Shown in pieces: positions 47,011 through 58,997 of a stretch of DNA of 64,000 bases; positions within the stretch are counted from its first letter, which is position 1, and each line of letters begins with the position of its first letter. Source of the stretch: Diplonema japonicum (lineage: Eukaryota > Protista > Euglenozoa: Diplonemea); NCBI GenBank assembly GCA_964019335.1, contig OZ025683.1:62001-126000 (forward strand), in the 5' to 3' direction. A program made the translations under genes and the position numbers. The notes below the pieces were generated by a model. That model was given only the letters and a program-made list of their open reading frames with translations. It was not told the DNA's origin and searched no databases.

Positions 47011-48062
47011 TTGCAAAAAAGTCCATTTTGAGGGTGCCTGAGTGCCATGTGACCCCAGAAAAAAAAAATAATAAAAAAGAGGAACTGGCCGTTGTTTGTA
47101 TATGCTGGGTAAAACCTGGAGAGCCAAGGCCTTTGAGTTCTTTTTTTTTTTAAACCTCTTTTTTTTTGGCTGGCCAAGCCCTCTCCTTTCTTTTTCTCCC
47201 TCCCTGGCCTCAGGTAGGGGTAGGGGTGGGTGGGGCCCAGGTGGGTGAAAGTGAAGAGGAGTGAAAAAAGGGTACACAAGTCTATCCTGGCTTGCTTTTC
47301 TTTAATGGACACTTTGCTCACTGGGTAGGGGGGTGAGCAACTCATACCACACATTTGCAGGGTCTTTATCTACAAGTTTTTGCCTTGGGTTACGTTTTTC
47401 TTTTTTTTTTCCTTCTGGGGGTGGGGTTGTTGGTAAAACATGGGTAATATTTGGTATTGTTAAATAAGGTTGCTGCTCACTGTTTCTTTTCTCTTTCTTT
47501 TTCTTTGTTCCTTTCTTTTTCTCTTTGTGGCACTCTTCTTATTTCACACTTGTTCTCTTTTTTTTCTCTTCTTCTTTTTCTGGGGGTAAATGAGTTGGGT
47601 TGTTTGGGTAAATGGGATTAGATAAGGCTGCTGCTCACAAACTTTTCTTCTTCCTCTTTCTTCTCTTCATGGCACTCTTCTTATCCATATTTATATTCCT
47701 ACACTTGTTCTCTTTTCTCATTTGTCCTGTTCATCCCATTAATTATTTCAATTCTCACACAAGGCAAACCCATTAGAGGGTAGGACTGCTTTGGGAGGTG
47801 ATTTTCTTAGGGGACACTGCACTACTTGTTGTCACCACTGGGTTGGTAGAGGTTGAAGAAGTAGACTGCTTGATGGGTGATGTTGATATTGCTGTTGTTT
47901 TTGGAGGATCTGTAGTGGTTGCAGAAGATCTCACTTTTGTTTGAATTGGTGAGCTTGTGGTAGATAAGAGAGATCTTGGAGGAGGTGGTGGGAATGGTGA
48001 TGTTGCTATTGTTTTTGCTTGTGGCTTGTCCCACCACCTTTATATCTCTCCTGTAGGGTAGG

Positions 48063-49043
48063 GTGGAAAATGTTCAGAAGGGTAATTGGCACGTCTTTAA
48101 AGCTCCGTTTTTCAAAGTACCATGCTTGCACAAGCTTATAAGACGTTTAGAGGAGAAGAAAAGTGGTGGGAGGGACCAGCAATGGAGGCAGAAATGGTTT
48201 ACACCACAAGTTCTCAGCAGTGCTGTCTCTGGTTCCTTTGTAACAGCACTGGTCACAGTGTTTGTTGCCATTCCACTGAACGATAGTTATCAATGTGAAC
48301 GGCAGGAAAAAATAGATAAGAAAGCACAAGAAGAAGAAGCAGAATGCAGGAATGCTCACATTGAGAAGCTGCTTGCACCTCAGATCGAGTTGAGTTCAAG
48401 AAGGGCTTTATCCGTACAGAGGTAAAAACGCTGAGTGAAGAGCTGGAGAAATACCACAAAGATTTTGACATCAAGAAAGAGAATGCTTTCGTGGTTATCT
48501 GTGGTCTGAAGGCTGCAGGTAAAACAACTGCTGTTAAGCTTGCATTCAGAGGCAAGAAGGGGGTGCTTACTGTAGACACTGTCATTGGTGAGGGCTCAGA
48601 AGTAACCACTGCAAGCTTTGAGGACGCATTGTCTCGAAGGTACAACAAGCTTTTCCCTGAGGTAAAGGGAATGGGTCCAAGCCTTAGTGAGGTTAACGAC
48701 ATTTGTGTGAAGAGATTCAGGAGGCCGCTGCTGATCTACTGGAAAGTCAAGGCCAGGGGGCAAGAAAACGAATGCCTCTCTGGCATTGCTATCCTTTGAC
48801 AACAATACAAAAGGAAACATTGCTGTCGTCATTGAGACCTCAAACCCAACGGTAATTGATACCTTTTCTTTAACTTCTACTTTTTTTTTATCCACAGCTT
48901 GGTGCGTTGATCCCGACTGTCCACCAGATGTGCAAAACCTGTTCCTTGACCACATGTCCTACACCGACTTTGTGAAGGCCTTCGATGCAGACCCCTTTGC
49001 CAAGAATTTCACAGTGAGGCTTGGTGGAAAAGACAAGTATAAG
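48063..49043 (+). pseudogene. TM-anchored P-loop ATPase (loosely tuzin/AAA-like), frameshifted, 5' part
   Basis: TM segment, VVICGLKAAGKTT Walker A, AVVIETS; two frameshifts; cut by an element end at 49044. Confidence 0.6.
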
Positions 49044-49245
49044 CAGTGTTGGTCAGTCCCATCCTGTCCCCTAAAACGGAATATGGGCCTGGATGGGACT
49101 CACGGGACTCCATGGGACAGGACTCAACGGGACTCACAGGACTCATGGGACTCCATGGGACTCTCCCCAACACTGTCATTATTTTTGATAGTTTTGCAAC
49201 TTTTTTTTTTTTTTTTCCCTTTGGACATACATGATGTGTTTACCC
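49044..49245 (+). mobile_element. hAT-type family B left end
   Basis: CAGTGTTGGTCAGTCCC terminus and GGGACTC repeats; same sequence as 51210 onward. Confidence 0.75.
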
Positions 49246-49697
49246 AGGTTGGTCAGACCAGACCAGTCTGGTAAAACCGAAAATACAGGTCTGAGGGGTC
49301 TACTGACCAGTCTGGCCCCAACTTTTTTTTTCCTTCATCAGGTGTCTTGCCACACACCACAGGTACCCTTAAATGTCTTTCTTTTTTTTCTTCTTCTTCA
49401 TACCACAGACATGCACAGCTCCATCAAGCCATTTGACACATTTGCACCTATCTACTCCGGTTCACTGCAGCTGCAGGTATGTACATATGTCCGGAAATGT
49501 TGAATTTGGATGTAATAGAAAAGGGTGGAAATGATAAATAATATGTACAAGAGGAGGGTGTGTGTGTTTACACAACCAGTGTAAACAGATCGGTTCCTTA
49601 ATCGTATTTAAAAAAAGAAGGGGGGGAAGCAATATATTTTTACAGGTGGGTAATGGGTGAGTGTGTTTATGTTTTGAACAACTGTGTAAAACAGTGC

Positions 49698-51161
49698 TCA
49701 GATATCGACCTGTGTAAACAGATCAGTTCCTTCCTTTCCAAGGTGCTCAGCTCTTTTCAAGCGGCTTGCCTTTTCTTTCTTCTCGCTCACAAAAAAATTA
49801 GGTTGAACCAACTTGTAGTTGATAGCAACGCGGATTGATGCATTTAGAACATCCGATGACATTCTGCATCTGGCTTTTGACAAAGTCTTTGAAATCACTT
49901 TAAAGTGACGCTCCGTTGGTGCCTCAGAGGTTAAACTGCGCCCAAGCGTCAGTGCAAAGACAGCTAGCGTGTGAAGCATGCCAAGCTTCGAGTTCCAAAA
50001 AGCAAAAAAGTTTAACATTGGGCTGCGACCTATTGCTAGGTACTCGTCAATCTGCATCCCCAGCTGCTGCCGATCTGCCATCATTTTTCGCAATTCAGCG
50101 AACAGGACGAGGTGATCCAGCACTGTGTTTCACAGTGTGACCAAGTCTGAAAGTTCTCCAGTTGATACTTTGGGATTCAGAAAAGTATACAACCTGATAC
50201 CAAGAAACGACATGTTTCGTTCGGCCCTTGCTTCGTAAACCTTGATGACTTCAGAGACTGTGGTAGCATTGAGTGACCCCTCCACCTGGGATTCAAGGAA
50301 TTTCTTCAAGCTCTTTCCAACAACGAAAATTTCATATGCCACCATAGCCATGCCAGATGTGTCCCCTTGCACACGATCTGTTGCAACTGCGAAGGGCGTG
50401 GAAATCTGTATCGCGAATTCCAGCTCTGCCCCAAACCCTGCCTCTATGCCTGGAAAGAATTCTAGGAGATCAAGGATGGACTTCATCGTTTCGAAAAACG
50501 AATTCCATCTGGTCTTCGTGTACCTCTTGATCTGTCTCGTCTTTTCACGGCATACTCCATGTGAGACCTGTATGGTGTGGAGTGCCAACTGCCCAGCTTT
50601 CGAGGTCCATCTCTTGATCAGCGTTTTCACTTTGGCTCTAATGTTAGCCAGTCGCTCAATCTTGAAGATGTCACCAAGGGCAAGTTGCATGGAATGTGCA
50701 ACACAACGATATGCTAGGACACCTTCGCAACTCAGCATTGTAGTTGTATCGTTCAAAAGCTGGTCCATTCCGGCAGAGAGCTCAGTGTTGTCGGAGTTGG
50801 TGTCGGTTTCAGAGTTGGAGTCAAGGTCAGTGACACCTGAAGCATCACTACTGCTAATGTTGCTGCTAACATCCTCAGTGTCGTCGAGTGAGAGGTCGAG
50901 TTCCACTTCGAAGTCTCGATGTATCTTTGCAAGCGCTGCTTGCATCGCACTAGCATTATCAGCACATACTGAAAATACATGTACAACATGGCTCCGAAAT
51001 TCCAGTATCATTTCACGGATGTGGGACGAAATGACAGCAGCAGTGGCACTCACTTTTGTAAGGTCTATCATCTTGCAAAAGTAGCTGTTCTTCCCATCTG
51101 ACATACTAATGCCAAGGATGCTTCGACGGTTTATTGTGGCCCCATCAACAAGGAGGTACAC
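49698..51161 (-). pseudogene. hAT transposase catalytic and dimerisation domains, 5' truncated, one in-frame TGA at 50130
   Basis: VDG, ADNA, RCVAH, TRWNS, FLNP, FW, SEAPTERHF. Confidence 0.88.
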
Positions 51162-51849
51162 ATTCTGCCTTGGGCAGCAGGGCCAGACTGGTGGTCTGAG
51201 GGGTCTGGCCAGTGTTGGTCAGTCCCGTCCCGTCCCCTAAAACGGAATACGGGCCTGGACGGGACTCACGGGACTCCACAGGACTCACGGGACTCTCCCC
51301 AACACTGTCATTATTTTTGATAGTTTTGCAACTTTTTTTTTTTTCTTTTTTTCCCTTTGGAAAAAAAAAAAAAAAAAAAAAAAAATGGGGAAAAAAAAAA
51401 GAGAAAAAAATCCTTGATTTTTTTTGACATACATGATGTGTTTACCTTTTTTTTTTTTTTTTTTCCTTCTTTTTTTCTTGTCTTCTCACATTTTTTCACA
51501 CACCTAAGCCAAGCTGATGTTTCTGCTTTCCGCATCAAATGTTGTACTTGGATGTAATAGAAAAGGGGGGAAATAATAAATAATATGTACAAGAGGAGGG
51601 TGTGTATGTTTATACAACCTGTGTAAACAGATCGGTTCCTTGCTTTCAGCGCCGTGCCCCTAATGCGTGCGATGTACAGCTCAACCCCTGCATCGCACTG
51701 CCTGTTTGTTGCACATATTTTCATGTTGTCCCCCCCCCCACCTGAAAATAAAAAATAGGAGATAAATATATGAGTTAAAGGAGGCTGGTGTTGGCAGCAC
51801 CCTGCACAAGAACTGTCTACTTGATTACAGGGGGGCGCACCACAGCCGA

Positions 51850-52088
51850 GTTGTAGCTTCTTCTGCGTTCTGCATCGTTTCCTTAATCACTGTGGCCGGG
51901 ATGTAGCTTCTTCTGTGTTCCACATCGTGCCCTTAATCACTGCAGCCAGGTTGTAACTTGTTGCATTCCGTGTCATTTCCTTAACCACCACGGCCAGGTT
52001 GTAGCTTCTTCTGCATTCTGCATCGTGTCCTTAATCACTGTGGCCGAGTTGTAGCTTTTTGTGTTCCGTGTCATTTCCTTAATCACGA
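51850..52088. repeat. Degenerate tandem repeat, unit about 50 bp
   Basis: About five units of GTTGTAGCTTCTTCTG..TT....TCGT.TCCTTAATCAC...GCC. The array resumes after 54667; further units at about 39690-39780 and 54060-54150. Confidence 0.8.
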
Positions 52089-52265
52089 CAGTGATGGGTG
52101 AATCCGGTCCGGTCCGGTGTACCCATTTTACCGGACTGACCGGACTGACCGGATCGGCCAGACTGACCGGACTGACCAGACTCAAAAATTTTCTGCAATT
52201 TTTGACACACCTGCAAACACTTTTTTTTCAAATATTTTTGGACAATGATTTTTTTTTTTTTTTTT

Positions 52266-52297
<32 letters not shown>

Positions 52298-54667
52298 CTT
52301 TTTCTTCTTCTTCATACCACAGACATGCACAGCTCCATCAAGCCATTTGCACCTATCTACTCCGGTGCACTGCAGCTGCAGGTATGTACATATGTCTGGA
52401 AATGTTGTATTTGGATGTAATACAACCCGGCTGTGGTGATCGATGCGGAACACAGAAGAAGCTACAACCCGGCTGCGGTGAGAGATATATGAGTTAAAGG
52501 ACCTGCACAAGACTACTTGATTACAGGGGGTACACCACAGCCGAGTTGTAGCTTCTTCTGCGTTCCGTGTTGTGTCCTTAATGTGTGTGGTGTTCAGCTC
52601 AACCCCAGCCGGGGCGTCCTGGGTAACCAAGATTCTGCTTGTGCAGGATTGGGTCGTTCCATTCCCTTCCGCCAAACTGAAAGTCGGAACTTGGCAGAAT
52701 GGCAGAACCGGAACTTGGTGGAACAGGGAATTCCTTACTTTTTTTTTTGTTTTAACAATATTATTGTCGAGACTAAAAACTAGTTGATGGCAGCGTAATG
52801 AGCTATTTTATTAGGTAAAATTCTGTCCCTGCGGCGCTCGTGCACACAAACAAATGGAGTGTCAAACTAGTTTCCCCCCCCCCTTTTTTTTTCCTCTTTG
52901 CATCATCAAGGTTGAAAGTGGTGACTATATCACCACAACACTGACAGCACAATATTCCGTGTCGTGTCCTTAATGTGTGCAGTGTGCAGCTCAACACCAG
53001 CCATGGCCCTGGTAACCAAGATTCTGGGCCTGTGTAGTTTGCTGCCAGTTCATCACCCTGAGCATCTGCAATACGTTCCTCCACTCGGGCACAATCGGTG
53101 ATGACCAACATGGAGGTCAACAGCGAACAACACATCTGATGTACTTCTTATATTTCCATATTTATGTGATCCCCACCACCAAATAACATGAAAGAGGTAA
53201 AGGAGACCAGTGACAGGGGGTGCACCTTGGCCGCTTCTGCGTTCCGTGTCGTGTCCTTAATGCATGCGGTGTGCAGCTCAACCCCAGCTGGTGCCCTACG
53301 TAGTTTACTCACCCTGAGCATCTGCAATTTGTTCTTCCACTCAGGGTGCTACAGGTGATGACCGGCCAAGTGGATGGAGGAAATGCCTGTTCGTCGTGTT
53401 GGCGGTGCCTGCACAAGAACTGTTAACTTGATACAGGGGGGCACTGCAGCTGAGTTGTAGCTTCTTCTGTGTTCTGTGTTGTGTTCTTAATGTGTGCAGT
53501 GTGCAGCTTAACCCCAGCCGTAGCAACCCGGGGTAACCAAGATTCTGCGCTCATGCAGTTTGCTGCCAATTCATCACCCTGAGCATCTGCATTATGTTCT
53601 CCACTTGGGCGCTACTGGTGATGACCAACATGGAGGTCAACAGCGAACAACACATCTGATGTACTTCTTATATTTCCATGTTATCCCCACCACCTGAATG
53701 ATATATATATGAGTTAAAAGAGGCCGGTGTTGGTGGCGCCCTGCACAAGAACTGTCTGCTTGATTACAGGGGCACACCGCAACCGAGTTGTAGCTTCTTC
53801 TGCATTCCGTGTCATGTCTTTAATGTGTGTGGTGTAGTTTGCTGCCTGTTTGTCACCCTAAGCATCTGCATTATGTTCTTCCACTCGGGAGCTACCGGTG
53901 ATGACCGATGAGGAGGTCAACAGTGAACAACACATCTGATGTTTTTTCATGCTATCCCCACCACCTTTGGAATAATATACAAGAGTTAAAGGAGGCCGGT
54001 GTTGGCAGTGCCCTGCACAAGAACTGTCTACTTGATTACAGGGGGTGCACCGCAGCCGGGTTGTAGCTTCTTCTGCGTTCTGCATCGTGTCCTTAATCAC
54101 TGCGGCCGAGTTGTAGCTTCTTCTGTGCTCCGTGTCGTGTCCTTAATGTGCAGGGTTCAGCTCAACCCTAGCCGGGGCGCCCTGGGTAACCAAGATTCTG
54201 CACTCGTGTGGTTTGCTCGGTGATGACCGATGAGGAGGTCAACAGCAAACAACACATCTGATGTTTTTCTTATATTTTCATGTTATCCCCACCACCTGAA
54301 AAAGAAGATAAAAGTTTTTTTTTTTTTCTTCGTTCTCGTTGTTTTTGTTGTTGTTGTCGTCTCTCAGTACCTGTGTAACATCTTTTCTTGTAGACATCTG
54401 TTTATATGTTTGAACTCTGCAGCAAAAAAAAGGGGGGGATGTGGTGTTGTGGTTGTATCTTGTACGGTCCGGTTCAGTCCAGTCCAGTCCAGTCCGGTCC
54501 GGTCCGGTCTGGTCCGGTCTGGTCCAGTCCGGTCCGGTCCAGTCCGGTCCAGTCTGGTCAGTCTGGTCAGTCCGGTCAGTCCGGCATAATTGGGTCGAAA
54601 TTCACGCCGGATCCGGTCCGGTCCGGTCCAGTCCGGTCTAGTCCTAATTAGGATTCACCCATCACTG
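52089..54667 (+). mobile_element. Complete non-autonomous hAT-type element family A (2.58 kb)
   Basis: 17-bp perfect TIR CAGTGATGGGTGAATCC; 7-bp TSD ATCACGA (52082-52088, 54668-54674); (CC(A/G)GT)n subterminal arrays; non-coding. Confidence 0.9.
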
Positions 54668-55371
54668 ATCACGATGGCCGGACGGCCGGGTTGTAGCTTC
54701 TTCTGCGTTCTGTGTCGTGTCCTTAATGTGTGTGGTGTTCAGCTCAACCCCAGCCAGGGCACCCCAGGTAACCAAGATTCTGCGCTTGTGTTGTTTGCTC
54801 AGTGATGACAGATGAGGAGGTCAACAGCAAACAACACATCTGATGTTTTTCTTATATTTTCATGTTATCCCCACCACCTGAAAAAGAAGATAAAAGATTT
54901 TTTTTTTTTTTTTTTTTTTTTGCATTGTACTTTTCTTGCAAAGGCCTCTTTTTAATATTTTTTTCAAAGCAGGTCTCCAAACCCCCTGACATTTTTTTAA
55001 TTTTTTTTTTTTTTTTTTTTTTTTTTACATAGTCACAACAAGGTAGTATGAGCCTTGCCTCACATCCCACCCAAACCTAGGACCTCTTTTTTTGAACCTT
55101 TGAAACCAAAAGTACCAAAAAAATGCAAGCCCCAGCCTAAATTTGGGCCTTTGTGACACAAAAAACACAAAGAAATTTTTTGGTCCCAAGAGTCCCCTGA
55201 GTCCCCTCCAGACCCCTGAGTCCCCTGAGTCCCCTCCAGACCCCTGAAAATTTCGGGGACTCCTGTCCTGTCCCTTGGAGTCCCCTGAGTCCCTCAAGGG
55301 TCTGGACCAACACTGCTCTGTCATGCTTCACATCCAGATCATCATGCCCAATGGGCCATTAGAGTGATGGG

Positions 55372-56436
55372 GTGGAACTAGCAACGTCCAGTATTTCCGA
55401 CTGGAAAAAAAACTTTGGAGGCTCTGTTGGGCCTGTTGCTGCCCCCTTTACCATTGGTCGCAAACCTCTTCTGGCTGAGGCAGAGACTGCCAAGGTTTTT
55501 GCTTGGGTCGATAAGCAAAACGAACTTGGCAAGCCTATCTCAGTGCAACAAATATGCACCTATGCAGAAGGGCTGCTGTGTGCTAATCCAGCCCAAAAGA
55601 CAGAGCTGGTAGACTTTGGTGGGGCACTGTCCTTTTCCACCAGCTGGGCTGACAAGCTTTGCAGCAGGAAAGGCTACAAAAGCCACAGGCCCACCACTGG
55701 AAAACCTGGAAACGAGAAGGACAAAGAGAGGGCATGCTGTTTCACCATGCAATTCAGGTCAATAATCGACACCCATAAAGTAAGGCCTGAATTGGTCTGG
55801 AATATGGACCAAACCTCCCTGCAGCTGTTGCCATTGGGGTTAAAAACCAAAACGAAAAGGGGTGCAAAGGTTGTAAAAGTCTGTGGCTTGGGGGACAAAC
55901 GGGCCATAACTGGACAGCTGGCTGTCTCCCTGGCTGGGGATAAGTTGCATCCACAACTTATATACAAAGGCAGAACGGAACCTGCAGCCAACAGGGTTTA
56001 TCCAGGGTCCATGCCCCGGGTCAAGCACCCACCTGCTGAATGGAGCCTAACGGCATCGCCCAGTCATTGGGCTAATTATGATACACTCAGTATCTGGGTC
56101 AAAAAGCTGTTTCTTCCTTTTTGCACCACCGGACGTGTGGAAGTCATCGACGTAGATGCATCTTCTTCCGTTTCTTCAGACTCGTCGGTGGAGATACTCC
56201 CCAGTCTCACCCAGCAATGGCTGGATGACGCTGCCACCAGGAGGGCCGCCAAGAAGGCAACAGCTAAGCCTGCAAGAAAGAAGGCAGCAGCTAAGCCTGC
56301 AAGCAAGAAGGCAGCTAAGCCCGCAGTGTTTGTGGGTCGCTGCTTGGTGTTTGATGTATTTCACCACCCGACTGCTGCATCACAGCCACAGACCCCTAGA
56401 AGTCCTCTTCTGCTGAAGCAGACCCAGCTAACGTAG
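55372..56436 (+). pseudogene. pogo/Tigger-type (CENP-B HTH + DDE_1) transposase relic
   Basis: FSTSW...., VWNMDQT, DKRAIT, KLHPQLIYKGRT, SHWAN, LVFDVF..H; the C-terminus degenerates. Confidence 0.8.
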
Positions 56437-57182
56437 TGTCATAGTGTAGAGTCATTTCCCCCCCTTTTTTTCCTTTCTGGGGAAAGAGAGGAGCACTATG
56501 AGAGAAATAAAAAAGAAAGGAGAGAAAGAGAACAAGTGTGATGAGAAGAGTGCCATGAATGGAAAAAAAGAGGAGTGTAAATAAAGAAGAACTAGAAGAA
56601 GAAGAAGATCTTCTATTGGGAATAGATAAGGCTGCTGCTCATAAGCTTTTTTTTCCTCTGAAGCCTTCACACACACAGGAGATGAGAGAGAAGGGAAAAA
56701 AAATAAGTCACCAAACCCCCAATGAGGCATAGAAATGTCGGAGGTTACCATGGATGGTGGAAAAAAAGTTGGGGGTTGAAGGCGATGGTAGAAAAAAGTT
56801 ATTTGGTTATCATGTATGTTGTTTTTCCCTTATTTTTTTCTATACTATTCTTATTACTTCTACTGCTGGTCTGCAATCATCTCATCAAATGAACTGATGA
56901 GGTCTGTGGTCGTCTGCTGGGGTTTTTCGAGGAGGGCCTCTGCAAGGCCTTTGGCTCCTCATCAGCAGCAATGGTGGCTCATGGATGGCTGCTCAAGGCT
57001 GGTGATGCTTAAACAATAGCCAAACAACCCCAATTCCCTCCCACTTAATATTCCACACCATACTTGCCTGGTAACGCTTTTGGGTGTTCCCTTCACGTCT
57101 CATTTGTTTCTTGTTTTCAACCTATTTGTTATTGCTTTTCTCATTTCTCAACTCTGCATCTAATCACAGGATATTCACAATC

Positions 57183-58169
57183 ATGATGATGAGCAAGATG
57201 GCTATTGTTCTGGCCCTGGTTGGGTCTGTGGTGGGCAAGACAGACGAGGACTGCATGGTGTTCGCATCACTGACACAGGAAGTCGACAGAAAGACGGGGA
57301 AGGCAACAACCATCACCGACCTGTGCAAGGCAGATTGTGCAGGAGGTGCTGAGAAAGACGATTCGTACCTTCCTGCCCTGGTGTGCAAGAACAAGTGCCA
57401 GAAGTGTTACATTGACTGCAATGGACATGCCCCCGTTGGCCTGGACAAATGCGATGTTCTTACCGGTGAGGACTCTACGCAGGGACAGGGCAACCAGATC
57501 AACCCCAACCCCAGCGCTCCTTCCAGCAGCACAAGGTCCACCCGTATCCAGGAGGACATGATCGGCTTCGACGACATGTGGGACTCTGGATTCTACAACT
57601 TCCCCCCCACCATGCTTGGGAGGTACGCCCAGGTCCCGTCTGTGAGGACGAAGGCAGGCTACGAGATGCACATGGGTTGCTCTGCCGGACAGGGAGGGGC
57701 TGGTGGCTACTGCGACCACTTCGTGGTGATCTACCAGTGCAAGCCCTGCGAGCACGCTGACGGTGGGAACATCCAGGCCATCCTCCTCTCGAAGGGGTTC
57801 AAGCCCTTCCGCTGTGGGACGTACATGGACCTCGATGTCTTCGTTGAGAGCCACCACCACAACCTGATCGTGTTCCACAAGCAGACCCTTCAGGGGAACA
57901 GGGACATCATCAAGGCCCCTGAGCTCATGGAGTTCACCTTCTTCGCCTTCTCTCCCGCCACCACCCACTGTGGGGCCTTCACGGCGGAGGACCTCTGCTG
58001 GAACTCGTCCCCTGGTGAGTGCTCTTGGAACAACGGGGAGTGCGAGAGGGACCTGTGCCCCACGCCCCACAAGCCCCACGGTCCCTGGAAGGTTCAGGAC
58101 AAGTGCCGTGTTTGCCCACACGACCCCTCTGAGGAGAGGTTCATCCCCGCCAACTCCATGGCAAGGTAG
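57183..58169 (+). CDS. Secreted Cys-rich family, copy 7
   Basis: Signal peptide MMMSKMAIVLALVG; unique N domain; core and tail near-identical to copies 1-3 and 6. Confidence 0.9.
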   Translation: MMMSKMAIVLALVGSVVGKTDEDCMVFASLTQEVDRKTGKATTITDLCKADCAGGAEKDDSYLPALVCKNKCQKCYIDCNGHAPVGLDKCDVLTGEDSTQGQGNQINPNPSAPSSSTRSTRIQEDMIGFDDMWDSGFYNFPPTMLGRYAQVPSVRTKAGYEMHMGCSAGQGGAGGYCDHFVVIYQCKPCEHADGGNIQAILLSKGFKPFRCGTYMDLDVFVESHHHNLIVFHKQTLQGNRDIIKAPELMEFTFFAFSPATTHCGAFTAEDLCWNSSPGECSWNNGECERDLCPTPHKPHGPWKVQDKCRVCPHDPSEERFIPANSMAR

Positions 58170-58997
58170 AAGGACGGCACCACCACCACGTCGGTGGGCT
58201 TCCCCCCCTCATTTTCTTTTTCCACTTCTTAACTGACGTCAATTTTTTTCTTTTATCCCCTCTTTTGTGTTGTACCCACCACCATTTTCCCGATGCGGAA
58301 GGCGAGTTGCAGTGGAGCACAAGTCTGTGTACATGTGCTCACTGACCCTCTTGGCCTGCGGTTAAACGTTAAAGTTTCAGCACCAGGTACAATATCTTAA
58401 GGTCAAGTTGCGGTTACCGTCTGTTCTCGCACTTCTTTTTTCTCTTGTGCGACTTCAAACTCACTTTTAGCTTTATACACTCCCCTCCACTTTTATTACA
58501 AAACAGACTGAATCACAACAAATTTTTAAAACAAACTTTAAAGTCGTATTTCTTTTTATCCCCTCTTTTTTTTCCTCTTTTACAATTTATCTTTGCCTCG
58601 GTAAGTCTTTTTGTTTTATTTTATTTTAGTGTCTATCACACTCTTAATCCGAATGAAAAGGAAGAAGAAAAAAAAAGAAAGAAAGAAAGAGAGACAGAAG
58701 TGGGAGGAGAGTAAACCACATGACTGGGTGTCCTCTTTTATGTTTTGTTTTGAAAAGGAAAACTAAAAAAGTCGCTAACTGACACTTCCTCCCAGCGACT
58801 CCCTTCTTCCTTTTTTGTTTTTTTTTCCCTTCCAAGTATATTGGAGCGAGCGTGAAGACGCCCCCCCCCCTTTTTTTCTTTTCCTACCCACCCCACCACC
58901 TTCCTTTCCTCCCTCCGTTTTTTTCTTGTCACAATAGACGAAAGAAAAAATATAAAAAAAAAAAAGAAAAAGAGAACCAAACATAAAGAAAAAAAAA

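Larger units (their letters stand above)
51210..55315 (+). mobile_element. Non-autonomous hAT-type family B element with a nested family A copy
   Basis: 11-bp TIR CAGTGTTGGTC...GACCAACACTG. The flanks (GTCTGGC / CTCTGTC) are not a clean TSD. Confidence 0.6.

Noticed and set aside
46875-50132. TGA read-through or alternative genetic code in the hAT ORFs
   Set aside because: Host genes use TGA as a normal stop (e.g. 60234-60236). The ORFs are truncated relics, and CGA to TGA explains the codons.
50121-50137. Hairpin CACTGTG-AAA-CACAGTG at the hAT internal stop as an excision footprint or recoding signal
   Set aside because: The stem is only 7 bp, the frame is preserved, and chance occurrence is plausible.
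51850-54150. Roughly 50-bp repeats as a CRISPR array
   Set aside because: Units are homologous along their whole length with no unique spacers, there are no cas genes, and the context is eukaryotic.
44748-55315. One 10.5-kb element with about 450-bp terminal inverted repeats
   Set aside because: Both arms are the same element end and their flanks share no TSD. The 44748 end pairs by TSD with the end at 49044.
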